Of a DNA stretch of 32,000 nt, positions 1 to 9,872 are shown in pieces. Location: the NCBI GenBank assembly GCA_029715105.1, contig CP085695.1:690001-722000 (forward strand), in the 5' to 3' direction. A program made the translations under genes and the position numbers. Numbering within the stretch: position 1 is the stretch's first letter; each line of letters opens with the position of its first letter. Below the pieces are notes generated by a model. The model worked only from the letters and a program-made list of their open reading frames with translations. It was not told where the DNA came from and made no database searches. Origin of the DNA: Candidatus Saccharimonadota bacterium (lineage in GTDB: Bacteria; Pseudomonadota; Alphaproteobacteria; Rickettsiales; Anaplasmataceae).

Positions 1-72
1 GAAAAGGCAACTGATTTCTTAAAAGAAAAATTCGCTTTTATAAAAATAAAACTTGAACAAGAGAAAAAATAA
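1..72 (+). CDS. 3' end (last 23 codons) of an unidentified upstream CDS, truncated by the window edge
   Basis: Frame 1 is open from base 1 to TAA at 70-72 (EKATDFLKEKFAFIKIKLEQEKK*). It is too short to assign a family and ends 26 nt before the VirB4-like ATG. Confidence 0.3.
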   Translation, partial: EKATDFLKEKFAFIKIKLEQEKK

Positions 73-98
73 TAGAAAACCATACTCTCTTGCTTAAA

Positions 99-2462
99 AT
101 GCAACAAAAAACACCAATAACTAACATTAGATTTGAAAAATCTAACAACCATCTAGCAACTTTAGAAAAAATTGATTTAGATTTCATTCCATATGCCTGT
201 CATTACGACAAAGAAACTATACTAACAAAACAAGGAGAATTATTAAAAATAATTAAATTAGAAAATTACTCCTATGTTAATAATTGTAGTGACCTCAGGA
301 CAGAAATTAGAAATAGTATATCAAAAAATATTAATGATAATTTATACTTCACAGTTTGGATTCACACTATCAGAAAACTTAATAAATTAAACTTAAAATG
401 GAACAAAACTGGAGATTTTTCTGATAAATTACATCTAGAATGGCTTAACAAACTAAATAGTAAGCTACTATATATAAATGAACTGTATATAGTAATATTA
501 CTTAGCAATTTTTACAAAGAAACTAACAACTTATTTTTTTTAAATAGAATTAAAAATCAACACAAATTATTTTTACAAGAAAACTACCAAAAATTACAAA
601 TTGTAACTGATTTAATTCAAAATGATTTAAAGCCTTTCGGAGCTAAAAAGCTCGGTATGAGATTTATTAGTAAATCTAAAAAAATTTACTCTGAAATGAT
701 AGAATTTCTTCATTATATTACTACATTAACTCATAAGAACTATTTAATACATGAAAAAGACCTATCACAGTACATTAAAAATATGAAAATAGCTTTTGGT
801 TTTAATACTTTTCAAATAGTTTTTGAAAACCAAAAAAAATTTGGTTCTATCTTTTGCATAAAAGAGTACCGAGAAATCCCCTTAGAAAATATAAATAAAT
901 GTTTACAACTTGATTCTGAATTTATTATTACAGAAATAATAATATTCACCAATAATAATAAGGCAATTAAAGAATTTAAAAAACAAATCAATATCCTTCA
1001 AATTAGTGAAGATAACGTTTTACTTAAAAATTCAGAAATTAAAGAAACAATAAAACTAGAAAAAATTTCCTCTGCAAATTTTTGCCAACAAAAAATTATT
1101 TTTACAATTTTTGCTAACGATAAAAAAAAACTAATTAAAAACATTAACAATCTATCTACTATAATGTCACTAGTAGGTCTAATGATGTTTAGAACTGATT
1201 TACACATGGAAGATCATTTTTGGGCACAACTTCCAGGCAACTTTGTTTTTATTAAACAACCGAAAAATATGCTAAAAAAATACACTTGCAGTTTTGCAAT
1301 GCTACATGATTTTACATCAGGTACATTAAAAGGAGGAAAATGGAAGGAGGCAATAACTATCTTTTTTTCAAAAAAAGGAAATCCTTACTTTTTTAACTTC
1401 CATGCAAGAAAAAATAACGGTCATACTACTATACTTGGTACTCAAAATTCAGGCAGAACTTCTCTAATTAATTTTCTATTATCAGAATCAAGAAAATTTG
1501 ACCCTAGAATTGTAATTCTAGATAATACAGGAAAATCAACAATTTTTACTAAAGTAGTAAATGGCAAATATTATACAATTGATCCAAAACACAAAAATAA
1601 AAGTCTAAAATTTAATCCACTAAATATCGAAGATAACATTTCTAATCGTAATATGCTAATTGAATTAATTAAAAGAATGATAGCTAATAATATAGATTCT
1701 CTAGATCTAGAAAAAAAAATAAAAAAAACTGTAAATTATATATTTTCTATACCAAGAAAATATCGCTCTATTTCTCGAATTTCTAAAATGCTCTTACCGT
1801 TAGGTGGTGAAATAAGTAAATGGTGTCATGGCGAATTTTCTTATTTGCTTCAAGATGGCAATGAATCTAATATAGACTGGAAAACAAAAATTATATCTAT
1901 TAACACGTCAAATCTCATAAAACAAAAAGAATGTATGCATGTTGTACTTTACTATTTATTATACTCTTTCGAAACAAAATGTGATGGCTCACCAACAATA
2001 CTTGTTCTAGATGAAGCATGGGAAATAAGTAATATTTTTTCTACAGAAAAAGAATTTGATATTTGGATGAATAAAATGACAAAATTAAATGTTGTGGTAA
2101 TTTTAAGTACTGAAAACTTAAATTTAGCATTTGCTAGTAAATTTACCCAATATCTTGATAAGCATATCGATACTAAAATATTAATGCCAAATTTAAATGC
2201 AAATAGATTATATATGAAGGCATTTTCTTTATCAAAAGATGAATTAAATACAATCTTACAAACACCAATACAAGAAGGTTTATTTTTAATAAAACAGTAT
2301 AAAGAGTTAGTAACTTTAAATTTAAACTTAAAAGATATGAGGGAAATACATATACTTTCAGCAAATAAAAATACTATAAAATGCATGCATAAAACAATAA
2401 AAGAAAAAGGTAAAGAAATAAATAAATGGTTACCAGCATTTTATGAGAAATGTGAAGCATAG
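99..2462 (+). CDS. virB4: VirB4-family type IV secretion ATPase, divergent stand-alone copy with Walker A Lys replaced by Arg
   Basis: 788-codon ORF from ATG 99 (the ORF track uses an in-frame TTG at 90). VirB4/TraC-like length and layout. P-loop GTQNSGRTS is at 1437-1463, with AGA (Arg) at 1455-1457 where Lys is expected. Walker B is ILVLDEAWE (DE at 2010-2015). Family recognised by eye only. Confidence 0.85.
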   Translation: MQQKTPITNIRFEKSNNHLATLEKIDLDFIPYACHYDKETILTKQGELLKIIKLENYSYVNNCSDLRTEIRNSISKNINDNLYFTVWIHTIRKLNKLNLKWNKTGDFSDKLHLEWLNKLNSKLLYINELYIVILLSNFYKETNNLFFLNRIKNQHKLFLQENYQKLQIVTDLIQNDLKPFGAKKLGMRFISKSKKIYSEMIEFLHYITTLTHKNYLIHEKDLSQYIKNMKIAFGFNTFQIVFENQKKFGSIFCIKEYREIPLENINKCLQLDSEFIITEIIIFTNNNKAIKEFKKQINILQISEDNVLLKNSEIKETIKLEKISSANFCQQKIIFTIFANDKKKLIKNINNLSTIMSLVGLMMFRTDLHMEDHFWAQLPGNFVFIKQPKNMLKKYTCSFAMLHDFTSGTLKGGKWKEAITIFFSKKGNPYFFNFHARKNNGHTTILGTQNSGRTSLINFLLSESRKFDPRIVILDNTGKSTIFTKVVNGKYYTIDPKHKNKSLKFNPLNIEDNISNRNMLIELIKRMIANNIDSLDLEKKIKKTVNYIFSIPRKYRSISRISKMLLPLGGEISKWCHGEFSYLLQDGNESNIDWKTKIISINTSNLIKQKECMHVVLYYLLYSFETKCDGSPTILVLDEAWEISNIFSTEKEFDIWMNKMTKLNVVVILSTENLNLAFASKFTQYLDKHIDTKILMPNLNANRLYMKAFSLSKDELNTILQTPIQEGLFLIKQYKELVTLNLNLKDMREIHILSANKNTIKCMHKTIKEKGKEINKWLPAFYEKCEA

Positions 2463-2716
2463 TTTTATTTTAATTACTTTTCTTTAGATGTAATTTTTGT
2501 ATTACAACTTTAAATTCTAGTTATTTACATGTATAAAATACACACTAAACTTTAGTTAGCAATAAACTTTTAAAATCTTTAAATTTTATTAACATCAATG
2601 ATGCTTTAGAGTTATTAGAATTAATGAACCTATAAAACAAAATTTTTTAAACAAAACAAATAAAATGAAAAACAAATCTATAAAATAAAAATTAATTTTA
2701 TTAATCCATATAAAAA

Positions 2717-2726
2717 TCCTATAGGA
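2717..2726. repeat. 10-bp perfect palindrome TCCTATAGGA (copy 1)
   Basis: The sequence reads aaaaaTCCTATAGGAAAtt. The same word recurs at 3009-3020 in the same spacer and at 5511-5522 inside pyrD. Confidence 0.6.
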
Positions 2727-3008
2727 AATTAAAATTTATAAAATCTTATGAATAAAAAAATTAATCTACCAAAATTAAACAAAATAATCTAAATAAACGT
2801 GAATACCAACTGTTACTATGAACAAGACAACAAAATATACGACAAATATATTTTTATCAACAAAGAAACTCCAATAAAACACCTATATTAAATTATATTT
2901 AAGCCCAGTTTTTAACTACAAGACAATTTAATAATTAAAATGCAACGTAACAAAAAAATAAAACACAAAATCAATGAAAACTAATATTATAATATTACTA
3001 ATATATTA

Positions 3009-3020
3009 TTCCTATAGGAA
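3009..3020. repeat. 12-bp perfect palindrome TTCCTATAGGAA (copy 2)
   Basis: The sequence reads attaTTCCTATAGGAAAat, about 290 bp from copy 1. Both copies are followed by AA. Confidence 0.6.
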
Positions 3021-3562
3021 AATATATAAAAGAACAAAATTTTAAATAAAACGAAAACTTTATCAAAACAACAAATAATTTTATATAAAACAAAATTACT
3101 GCATAACCTACAATTTACCCCATTTAATATGGGAGGAGAGTTTACCTAAAAGAACACTCCCACTAAATAGTTTTAAAAAAGTTTTTAGCAAAAAATCTAA
3201 TAATTATTCTTTATAATTCTCTTCTTCTTGCCACCTTTTTTACTATCTTTTAAAACCACATTTTTAATAGAGAAGAATTCTTTTTTTAAATAAAGCCCCT
3301 TTTATTAAAACTTTTCTTTAATTCTTAGATACCAAAATTACTCTCTTTTATTAAAAACCTTCTTCTTAAAACCTTTTTATAATCCAACTCCAATTATACG
3401 TATAATAGTCTAAAATAATTTATAATTTTATTGTACAATAAAATTATTGACTTCAGCTCCTTTTACTCATTCTTATTAGAAATTATCAGTTCTAAAAATT
3501 AGTATTTATACAAATAATCTTATTAGCAATCTCTAATTACCAATAATTTTTAATTATTAGAT

Positions 3563-3591
3563 TTGACATAAAATAAAAAACAAGTCAGAAT
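3563..3591 (+). promoter_or_regulatory. candidate sigma70-type promoter for pdhC
   Basis: TTGACA (3563-3568), 17-nt spacer, CAGAAT (3586-3591), 25 nt before the pdhC ATG. TTGACA is expected by chance about 20 times in this window, so this is weak. Confidence 0.3.
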
Positions 3592-3616
3592 TAGCAGATT
3601 CCTAATTACATAATAG

Positions 3617-4897
3617 ATGCCAATAGAAATATTAATGCCTTCTCTTTCTCCAACAATGAGTAAAATTGGTGGAAAAATTGTAAGGTGGTGTAAAAAAGAA
3701 CAAGACAGAGTTGAGATAGGTGATGTAATTGCTGAAATAGAGACTGATAAAACTGTGATGGAATTCGAATCTATAAATGAAGGAGTTTTAGCAAAAATTC
3801 TAGTACCAGAGGGAATAAATAATATTCCAGTAAATCAGCCAATAGCTCTAATATTAGAAGACGGAGAAGATAGTAGTACACTTAATCAAGATTATATTAC
3901 AGATATTAAGACTAATAAAAAAACTGAAAAATATACTTCAGCATCATCAGATTTTTTACCACCACTCAGCTCCAAAACAATGCTAATACCGCCACAATAT
4001 ATAACATCAACATCTGGAAAAGAAAAAAATAACATTAAAACAATAGAGAGAATAAAAATAAGTCCGCTAGCTAGGAAAATGGCTAAAAATAAAAACTTAG
4101 ATATCAAACAGCTGAAAGGCACAGGACCATATGGTCGTATTATTAAAGCTGATGTATTAAAATTTTTAAATAAAAATATACAAACTAAAAGTCGCGAAAA
4201 ATTAAGAGAAAATGTTATAATTAAAATAAATAATATGCGTAGAACTATAGCACAACGTCTAGTTGAAGCTAAACAAAATATGCCACACTTTTATTTAACT
4301 ATAGACTGTCAAGTAGATAAATTGATATCACTTAAAAACGAAATCAATTCAATAGATAAAAACAACAAAGTAACAATTAATGATTTAATCATAAAAGCAG
4401 TTGCTTTCGGCATAAAAAAAAATCCGGATGTGAATTCTTCTTGGATAGGAGATAAAATTTTAAAATATACAGATATAGATATTTCAATCGCTGTAGCTCT
4501 TAAAGATGGATTAATCACTCCAATAATAAAAAATGCTGATAAAAAAAATATTTTATCTATATCAAAAGAAGTAAAAGATTTAATAAGTAGAGCAAAGTCT
4601 GGAAAATTAAAACCTGAAGAATTTCAAGGAGGAGGATTCACTATTTCTAATTTAGGCATGTTTGGTATAAAAACTTTTAGCGCTATAATTAATCCCCCAC
4701 AATCATGTATTATGGCTATTGGAGCAGCTGAAAAGCAACCTGTTATTATCAATAATAAAATAGAAATAGCAGAAATAATAATAGTAACACTTTCTATTGA
4801 TCATAGATTGATAGATGGAACATTGGGAGCAAAATTCCTAAATGAATTTAAACATTATATAGAAAATCCTCTAACAATGCTCCTTGAAGCTACATAG
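3617..4897 (+). CDS. pdhC: pyruvate dehydrogenase complex E2, dihydrolipoamide acetyltransferase
   Basis: N-terminus MPIEILMPSLSPTM. Lipoyl-lysine motif EIETDKTVMEF. Subunit-binding domain ISPLARKMA...GTGPYGRIIKADV. Catalytic motif SIDHRLIDG near the C-terminus. Confidence 0.93.
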   Translation: MPIEILMPSLSPTMSKIGGKIVRWCKKEQDRVEIGDVIAEIETDKTVMEFESINEGVLAKILVPEGINNIPVNQPIALILEDGEDSSTLNQDYITDIKTNKKTEKYTSASSDFLPPLSSKTMLIPPQYITSTSGKEKNNIKTIERIKISPLARKMAKNKNLDIKQLKGTGPYGRIIKADVLKFLNKNIQTKSREKLRENVIIKINNMRRTIAQRLVEAKQNMPHFYLTIDCQVDKLISLKNEINSIDKNNKVTINDLIIKAVAFGIKKNPDVNSSWIGDKILKYTDIDISIAVALKDGLITPIIKNADKKNILSISKEVKDLISRAKSGKLKPEEFQGGGFTISNLGMFGIKTFSAIINPPQSCIMAIGAAEKQPVIINNKIEIAEIIIVTLSIDHRLIDGTLGAKFLNEFKHYIENPLTMLLEAT

Positions 4898-5356
4898 ATA
4901 TCTTTTCTTCTATAAAAGAAAACCAAAACTTTTAGTAGAAATCTAATAAATATTTAAAATAATATTTTGTAACTATAAAGTTTACATATTTATTTATAAA
5001 ATAAACTTGAATTATTTAAATTCATAAATTAAAAATCAATAGGTAAGCTAGTATTTTATAGTTACTACTAATAATAATTACAATACAAGAGAGTTGAAAC
5101 TCATCCTTATACATTAAATTAATAATTAAATATAATTAAAAATACAAAATAAAATTTATAACATAGTTAATGAATGCATAAATAAATCCGTGTCCATTTT
5201 ATAAAAGTTTTAACTAATAAAACTCACTCTCTCAAAATTTTACTTAATAAAAGGTTAAATTTATTAAAATTTTTACAATACTAAACTAAGGTTAAAACTT
5301 CTTCTTTCATTAAAGTTATACATCTACACCATTTTTATGATAAAAATAAATTGAAA

Positions 5357-6400
5357 ATGTTTTGTAAAATGCTGCACAATTTATTATTTCTACTTTCACC
5401 TGAAACTGCTCACTCTTTGATAATTACCATATTGAAAAACATACCTTATAAAAAGCCTATAGAATTACCAGAATCCTTAAGCATAAATTTCTTTGGTAAT
5501 AAACTTAGGAGTCCTATAGGACTTGCTGCAGGTTTTGATAAAAATGCAGATATCATAAGACCGATGTTATCATTTGGTTTTGGCTTTATTGAAGCTGGCA
5601 CTGTAACTAAATTCCCTCAGTATGGAAACAAAAAACCTAGAATTTTCCGTCTAATCAAAGATGAAGGAATAATAAATAGATTAGGATTTAATAATAGAGG
5701 AATAGATTATTTTCTTAAACGGATAAACGAAACAAAACTTGATGATTGTATTTTCGGTATTAATATAGGAAAAAACAATGCTTCAAAAGATCAAATCGGT
5801 GATTATATTGATTTAATAAAAATTATATATGGAAAAAGTAATTATATAGTTCTAAATATTTCATCTCCAAACACACCAAATTTACGTAACTTACATAATA
5901 AACATGTATTATCAAAATTGTTAAAATCTGTCACTTTGACCAGACAATCAATTAATAACTCTAAATTTACACCAATAATATTAAAAATATCTCCAGATAT
6001 AAACCAACAAACAAAAGAAAACATTGCTGAACTCACATTAAAATATAATATAGATGGCTTGATAATAAGTAATACTACAGTCAGTAGAAAGAATTTACAT
6101 TCTTATCACAATGAGATTGGTGGATTAAGTGGTAAATTGCTATTTAAACTCTCAACTGACTTATTAAGTGATATGTATAAGCTTACTAAAGGTAAAACAC
6201 TATTGATGGGATGTGGTGGAGTCTCAAATGGAGCTGATGCATATAAAAAAATAAAAGCAGGAGCTTCTTTAGTGCAGTTATACACTGCCATTATATACCA
6301 AGGACCTCAGGTTATAAATAAAATAAATCTTGAACTTGCGGAGTTAATAAGAAAAGATGGATTAAATAACATAAGTGAAGCAGTAGGTTGTAACTCTTAA
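5357..6400 (+). CDS. pyrD: dihydroorotate dehydrogenase (quinone), class 2
   Basis: Motifs PIGLAAGFDKN, INRLGFNNRG, NISSPNTPNLR, IGGLSG and GCGGV. ATG at 5357 (track start is TTG 5351; another ATG lies at 5369). Confidence 0.93.
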   Translation: MFCKMLHNLLFLLSPETAHSLIITILKNIPYKKPIELPESLSINFFGNKLRSPIGLAAGFDKNADIIRPMLSFGFGFIEAGTVTKFPQYGNKKPRIFRLIKDEGIINRLGFNNRGIDYFLKRINETKLDDCIFGINIGKNNASKDQIGDYIDLIKIIYGKSNYIVLNISSPNTPNLRNLHNKHVLSKLLKSVTLTRQSINNSKFTPIILKISPDINQQTKENIAELTLKYNIDGLIISNTTVSRKNLHSYHNEIGGLSGKLLFKLSTDLLSDMYKLTKGKTLLMGCGGVSNGADAYKKIKAGASLVQLYTAIIYQGPQVINKINLELAELIRKDGLNNISEAVGCNS

Positions 6401-6484
6401 TAAGATTCTCTTATTTTAGTAAAATAGAGAACTAATTTTGTTTATAAAACCATCGAATACTTCAACTTAAAATTGAAAAATAAA

Positions 6485-7189
6485 ATGAAAAAAACAAATA
6501 ATAATACTACAATATCTAAAATCATTAACTATAAATTTAAAAACGATGCAATTCTAGAAGAAGCACTAACCCATCCAAACTTAAATAAAAAAAATAGTAA
6601 AAATCAAACTGAGAACTACGAGAGATTGGAATTTCTAGGAGATAGCATTTTAAATATGATTGTATCTACTATCTTATTTAAACTGTTCCCTGAAGAAAAA
6701 GAGGGAGCATTAGCAAAAAGAAGAACAGACTTAGTTTGTGGTAATACAATTGCTAATATTGCTAAAAAAATAAAATTAGATAACTTCATCATTATGAAAA
6801 GTAATAAACATTGCAATGAAAAAAAACATAACTTAAAAAAATTAGAAAACGCACTCGAAGCATTAATAGGTGCAATTTATATTGATGGCGGGTTTAAAAA
6901 TGTTGAAAAATTCGTTACTAAATACTGGGAAAAGTTAGCTAAAACCATGCTAATTCCCCCTCAAGATCCTAAAACATCATTACAAGAATGGACTCAAAAA
7001 AACAAATTACCACTACCCGAGTATAAACTTATAAAAAAAACTGGACCAGCACATGATCCTGAATTTACTATATCAATTTACATTAAAGATCACGGTAAAA
7101 TTTCTGCATACGCCTCTAGTAAAAAGGCTGCTGAGCAAAAAGCTGCTGAATTGATGCTAAAAAAATTAGTAACAATAAAATCAATTTAA
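6485..7189 (+). CDS. rnc: ribonuclease III
   Basis: RNase III signature ERLEFLGDSILN, then EALIGAIYIDGG, and a C-terminal dsRNA-binding domain (KTSLQEW...AEQKAAE). ATG at 6485 (track start is TTG 6473). Confidence 0.93.
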   Translation: MKKTNNNTTISKIINYKFKNDAILEEALTHPNLNKKNSKNQTENYERLEFLGDSILNMIVSTILFKLFPEEKEGALAKRRTDLVCGNTIANIAKKIKLDNFIIMKSNKHCNEKKHNLKKLENALEALIGAIYIDGGFKNVEKFVTKYWEKLAKTMLIPPQDPKTSLQEWTQKNKLPLPEYKLIKKTGPAHDPEFTISIYIKDHGKISAYASSKKAAEQKAAELMLKKLVTIKSI

Positions 7190-7646
7190 TTTGATATACT
7201 TATTTAAGTATTAAAACAAAATTTGTTTTACACTCGAATAAATATTTCAATAAAAAACCTTCTCTACTACAGGTTATGTTTATAACATATAACAAAACTT
7301 TTTAAAAAATCAAAGAAAAACAAATTCAAATTTCATCAAAATAAAATATAAATAAAAAGCTCATTTCAGATACACTCTCTCATATATAATATAAAAATTT
7401 TTAAATAATTTAAGCCCCTTATCTCAAACAAAACTTTTTCTTTTATAAGGAAACAAATATTAAAAACACTTTTTCTTATTTTATTTTAGAAATAAAGATA
7501 ACTTTATAGATCATCTTTTTTGTAAAACCACAGATTTTCAAAATTTAATATTTCAACTATAATTTCTTTATTAAAAATTAGAATTCTCCTCTTTTTATTT
7601 TGTACTTCATAAAATTATGATCCTAATTAATAGGAACAAAACAAAA

Positions 7647-8453
7647 CTAAAAATCAAACACTAAACCAACCTCAACATTATGAATTGATATACTATGTAA
7701 AACTGGTATTGGAATACTTAAATAACGATAACTTAGAAAGGTCTTAACTCTACTAGGTACTATTGAATAATTAACACCAAGCCTAAATTGATAAATAAAC
7801 CAAGCAATATTTAATGGTATTAAATTACTAAATTTAGGACTAATTCTCTCAAAATCAAAAACTGTTGATCCTATACCAAAACCTATATACGGAGTAAATC
7901 GCAAATCTATAATATTAGGATTATAATAAAAATTTAACAAAAATGCAAATATTCTAATTGATCTATCAAATGCTACTATAGAATTATCACCTTTATTAGT
8001 ATCAATCCAAAAATACACATTTTCAAAATCAATCCAACTATTTTTTATCAAGGCAGTAGTATAGTAACCTAAAGATAAACTATTAATCCAATGAAAATCA
8101 ACTTTATCATTAAATTTATCAATATTTCTGATTCCATCTTCAATCACATTTTTTATTACAGGAGCGCAATGACCTCCTTTAATGAGGATAAGAATTTTCT
8201 CTCCTATTACTCTCACAGAACTCATAAATAACTCTAAATTATCAGAATATATTCTACTAAAATTAGTACTAATGTAAAAATTAGGCTCTCTATTATCTTC
8301 TAGTGGAGTAACCTTCTTTTCATCACATTTTCTTAACTCATGACGTATAAATCCATCTATAAAAATCTGATCTCTAATGTTACTCGCACCAACAACGTAA
8401 ATAAAAAATGTACTAATATATAAAATTATTAATTTAACAATAAATCCTTTCAT
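7647..8453 (-). CDS. outer-membrane beta-barrel surface antigen, Msp2/OMP-1/WSP-like family
   Basis: Hydrophobic N-terminal signal-like segment. Alternating-strand pattern. TPYIGFGIGS motif. C-terminus VEVGLVFDF with a terminal Phe, typical of OM beta-barrels. Confidence 0.7.
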   Translation of the reverse strand: MKGFIVKLIILYISTFFIYVVGASNIRDQIFIDGFIRHELRKCDEKKVTPLEDNREPNFYISTNFSRIYSDNLELFMSSVRVIGEKILILIKGGHCAPVIKNVIEDGIRNIDKFNDKVDFHWINSLSLGYYTTALIKNSWIDFENVYFWIDTNKGDNSIVAFDRSIRIFAFLLNFYYNPNIIDLRFTPYIGFGIGSTVFDFERISPKFSNLIPLNIAWFIYQFRLGVNYSIVPSRVKTFLSYRYLSIPIPVLHSISIHNVEVGLVFDF

Positions 8454-8511
8454 TACTAATTAAATTAGTACTACTAAATAATATACGTGTTAATAGACGA
8501 AAAAGAGAAAA

Positions 8512-9738
8512 TTAAAAACCAATTAAATAACCACTCTTCATACCTATAATACTGGTATCTACAATGCTTTTAGCGTCAACTCTCGATAGAAGCTTTATTG
8601 ATGCAAAATTTTCTGCTCTACCAATATTATTTTTCTCGACTAAAACTCTTTGTGTAGTTCCTATCAAAGACTGATAAAAATCATCTATCATTTTCTTATT
8701 TATTTCTCTTAAACTTTTTACTCTTTCTCTCCGTATATCCTCTGGTACTTGAGGCATTCGTGCAGCAGGAGTATCTTTTCTTTTTGAATATGGAAAAACA
8801 TGCAAATAAACTATGTTTATTTTCTTTAAAAGGTCAATAGTATCTTGAAACATTTCATCAGTTTCAGTTGGAAATCCTACAATAATATCAGCACCAAATA
8901 CTATACTAGGTCTTAACTCTCTTATTTTATGACAAAATTCTATTACTTTTTCTCTATTATAACGACGTTTCATCCTTTTAAGGATTAAATTATTACCAGA
9001 TTGTAAACTTAAATGTAAATGTGGCATAAATCTTGACTCATTAACTATTAAATCTACCAATTCATCATCAACTTCAGCAATATCAATAGAAGAAAGCCTA
9101 AGTCTCTCCAATTCTGGTATATCGTTCAAAACTCTCTTAATCATTAAACCAAGCGAAGGTTTACCAAATAAATCCACACCAAAATCAGTAATATCAACTC
9201 CTGTAAATACTACTTCTTTATATCCATTTGCTATAAAAATCTTAATTTGTTCTATAATATTACTTATTGGTACAGACCGACTATCCCCCCTTGCTTTAGT
9301 AATCGAGCAAAATGTACAACTATGATTACAACCATTTTGAATTCCTATAAATGCTCTTGATTTATCTTGAAATTCACTAATTAAAATAGATTTATGTCTA
9401 TTTTCTTGACTATCATTATCTAACACTTTGTTATCATTTGATAAATAATTTTCAATCTTAAGCTTATCTTGATTATTAAGTACTTTACTCACACCAGGCA
9501 TATTACTATATAATCTAGAATTTAATTGAACTGCGCACCCAACTACAATAATTTCTTTACTCGGATTGTTCTTGTGAATTTTACATATTTTTTGTTTTAC
9601 TTGTCGCTCTGCTTCATTTGTAACAGCACAGCTGTGTACTACAACAACATTCTTTTTCCCCGCTTTTTTCAATATTCCTCTAATTAATTCACTCTCGTAA
9701 AGATTCAGACGACATCCAAATGTAACTATTTCATTCAT
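8512..9738 (-). CDS. mtaB: MiaB-like radical-SAM tRNA methylthiotransferase (MtaB-type)
   Basis: N-terminal VTFGCRLNLYESE. Radical-SAM cluster motif CNHSCTFCS (CxxxCxxC). TRAM-like C-terminal segment. Confidence 0.85.
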   Translation of the reverse strand: MNEIVTFGCRLNLYESELIRGILKKAGKKNVVVVHSCAVTNEAERQVKQKICKIHKNNPSKEIIVVGCAVQLNSRLYSNMPGVSKVLNNQDKLKIENYLSNDNKVLDNDSQENRHKSILISEFQDKSRAFIGIQNGCNHSCTFCSITKARGDSRSVPISNIIEQIKIFIANGYKEVVFTGVDITDFGVDLFGKPSLGLMIKRVLNDIPELERLRLSSIDIAEVDDELVDLIVNESRFMPHLHLSLQSGNNLILKRMKRRYNREKVIEFCHKIRELRPSIVFGADIIVGFPTETDEMFQDTIDLLKKINIVYLHVFPYSKRKDTPAARMPQVPEDIRRERVKSLREINKKMIDDFYQSLIGTTQRVLVEKNNIGRAENFASIKLLSRVDAKSIVDTSIIGMKSGYLIGF

Positions 9739-9872
9739 TCTATAAAACTTTTCTATTTATAATATTAAATTCGATTATAAAATATTAAACATTCACAAAT
9801 AAACTTTTATTAAGATAAAACTGCATAAACACCCCAAAATATGTTTGTTTATAAACAACAATCCTACCTATT

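Noticed and set aside
1952-2386. 144-aa and 63-aa minus-strand ORFs (also 998-1207) antisense to virB4
   Set aside because: They lie entirely inside a well-supported CDS and have low-complexity hydrophobic translations typical of the T-rich antisense strand. They match no family I recognise. These are shadow ORFs.
4903-4922. Short AT hairpins just after stop codons as intrinsic terminators: TTTTCTT-ctataa-AAGAAAA after pdhC, TTGTTTATAAACAA at 9845-9858 after gatC, GATTTTATT...AATAAAATC at 27939-27962 after secB, and a composite hairpin at about 21038-21068 after ldcA
   Set aside because: Stems of 5-9 mostly A:T pairs are expected several times by chance here, and most lack a proper U-tract. 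I cannot support them as terminators from sequence alone.
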